Source: the human T2T-CHM13v2.0 reference genome, Homo sapiens. From it: DNA of 64,000 nt. The translations under genes were made by a program, and so were the position numbers. Under the pieces are notes generated by a model, which ran no database searches, had not been told where the DNA came from, and worked only from the letters and a program-made list of their open reading frames with translations. Below are positions 61,593-64,000 of the stretch, in pieces. The stretch is from the NCBI RefSeq assembly GCF_009914755.1, contig NC_060929.1; one strand, 5' to 3'. Each line of letters starts with the position of its first letter. Position 1 is the stretch's first letter.

Positions 61593-61766
61593 ATTAACTC
61601 AAAAGTCCACAGTCCAAAGTCTCATCTGAGAAAAGACAAGTCCCTTATGCCTATAAGCCTGTAAAATAGAAAAAAAAAAGTTAGCTACTTCCAAGATACA
61701 ATGGGGGTACAGGCATTGGGTAAATGGTCCTGTTCCAAATGGGAGAAATTGGTTCAAACAAAGGGG
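61593..61766 (-). mobile_element. Orphan MST-internal fragment, homologous to 59519-59699
   Basis: Direct-repeat similarity read in the sequence; no LTR attached. Confidence 0.88.
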
Positions 61767-62309
61767 TTAAATATCAAGATATTGAGTTGCTTAATCAAAA
61801 CAGTTATATTAAACAAAGTGGTTTATTGTGGGCTCACATTATCTTTTTTCTTTGTTTTGTATATTAATTAATTGATTTTCTTATCAAAAATTATTAAAGA
61901 TCCTCATTATTAAAGATTCTCAGAGTACTTAAAATGGGCTACATAATTGAAATAATGCAAAGGTATCAAAAACACCATCTTAGTTATTAAAAAGAGCTCA
62001 AGAAAGGGGTGAAAATGGAAATTTATGTTTTGAAGCATCACATTAAGTGTTATGTTCATGATAAATGGAAGAAACACCTAAATGGAACATTCAGTACAAG
62101 TAAGGGTTATGGATTATGAGAGGAAACGAAACCACCCTGATTCTTCTAACACAACAAAGAGAAAGAGTTGGGCTGGTGTGATATATTCAAAGGAGCTGTC
62201 AATGCAGGACTATATAAAGAATAATTTGTGAAAATAGAAATAATATTCTGCAAAACCTAGGCCCTCCCTTCCATTTCAATCTCTTTTCCTACCAGTTTTC
62301 TTTTGATTA

Positions 62310-62720
62310 TGCCTCTGACTTACTGTTTCTGCTTCTTGAACAAACCTAGTTTACCCATGCTTCAGAGACTTTGAAACTTATCTTCCCTTTGCCTGAGAGG
62401 ATCTTTATCTTTGCATGGTTGGCTATTTCAGTTCATGTCTTAGCTCAGATGTCTCTCTTTCCAGAAAGCTTTTTCAGGCTATCCCTCCTTTTTAGACTTC
62501 ATTACCTTCAAACTGCCTCATTTAATTATTTTTTAAGATTGGTATCACTTTTCAAAATTATCTTTTCTATCTGATTTTGTTTTCATTGTATTTTTTTTCT
62601 ACTAGCCCAACAGTCACATAAGAACAAGAACCATGGTCCTGGCTAATGCTATATCCCCAGGTGTATAATAGTGTATGACAGAAAACCAGCAGTTCATAAA
62701 TATGAATGGATAGATGAATG
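62310..62720 (+). mobile_element. L2 3' fragment
   Basis: agctcagatgtctctctttccagaaagc; tatatccccagg; taaatatgaatggatagatgaatg tail. Confidence 0.6.
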
Positions 62721-64000
62721 ATACATTAATAGAATGAGACAAGAAAATTCAGTGTGTGCCAGATCACCAATATATGCCAGATTTACCTTTGATGAATGGC
62801 TTTGAATTTGAAGGATATTAGGATTTATTGAAGAATTTGAAGAGAAGTAGCATGATCTATTTGTGTTTTTAGAAAACTGAGGAAAATGTGTCCCAAAGGA
62901 TGAGAGCAGGCAAAGAGCAAGATGGAATAAATAGAATTGAATTCTAAACTAAGTCGTATGTGAGATGCACAGAAGAAAAAAACTATTTGCCAAACACCAA
63001 GGAAGTAAAAATCAACCAGATCTAATAAAAAATGAATATTGAAGATAAAGTACAGGGTGGAGAAAATGATATTAAGTATGCTACAAATTTCTGTGCTTAT
63101 TATCTTACTTACAAGGCACCGGAAGATTTAATGTTTTGCTTTGGTTTATATTTCCATAGAAATGTTTAAGTACTTATTCAGCATAATAGCATCTCTACCA
63201 CATAACAGCTCTAAGAGGATGAATACATATAAAGAGTTTAAAATACTTTTTAGGAGTTATGTAATTGTGCACATTATAACAGTTTATATTTCCAACTTCA
63301 CATTTCTGAAAACATTTGTGAAAGGCTGGAAATACTTTCTCCTAAACACGCAATCTTTATCTGAACTACTTAAAATGCATATAATTGCTATTTAGTATTG
63401 AAGATTAATCATTACTTTAAAACTGACATTTTAAATGAGCTGTTTTTCTATAATTTGATTATCAATTTTTTTTATTAACTGCTACATGATTGTAGCAGTC
63501 ATATGTGGGATTAAAACACATTTAGATTGTACTTTAATATCACTTATAATTATCCAAAAGTTATTTTGGGCAAAGAAGTTTTGGATGGCTTATTACTCAG
63601 ATATTTCATTTATAAAGGGGCAGAAATTATTCTATAAGGATATAACTCGGTCCAAGAGAGGCCCAGGTCATTTTCTCTTTTCAAACCTTCTTGAGTAAGC
63701 AGGAACCCCAGCGCAAGCCCCATGCCTCATGGGCCCCTAAGCTTGAGTGTCTTTCTAAAAATATTGAAGTTCCTCTCCAGCATTTGAGATTAGCCAAAGC
63801 CAGCAGGGATATCCACGTGGGGCAGTGCAAGCCCAGACCTGGATCCATAATAGAGCTCTCTGACACTGTGTCTCCATATATAGGATCCAACAGATTTCCC
63901 AACACAGTCCCAGAATTATGTTTTTGGGGTGGTCCCAGTCAAAGTCCCAACACCAGGCCCAGTTCCAGAAGGGAAACCTGGTAAGATGATTGTTTGCATT

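Noticed and set aside
63681-64000. GC-richer terminal block with 74 and 97 aa ORFs and a donor-like CTG|GTAAGA
   Set aside because: No recognisable homology and cut by the window edge; cannot classify as exon or repeat.

Overview
AT-rich, repeat-dense primate genomic DNA (AluY and L1PA present; probably human or another hominoid, species not provable from sequence). I find no intact cellular gene, RNA gene or CRISPR array. The only cellular-gene-derived sequence is a full-length processed pseudogene of SUCLG2 (~28967-31959, 15-bp TSD), later interrupted by a THE1D LTR and an Alu. The rest is transposon debris: a HERV-L/MLT2A 5' end, an older ERVL/MLT2C-like 5' end, a full-length L1PA5-like element (ORF1/ORF2 dead, antisense 71-codon ORF0 still open, ZNF93-target segment present), a 5'-inverted twin-primed L1PA8-like insertion, a complete MST MaLR element, about ten Alus, and many old LTR, L1M, L2, MIR and DNA-transposon fragments. 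The least explained pattern is a set of short local duplications (26-175 bp, adjacent to ~2 kb apart) that look like templated insertions. I see no convincing evidence of a previously undescribed biological system. Subfamily names come from recalled consensus sequences and need RepeatMasker/Dfam confirmation.
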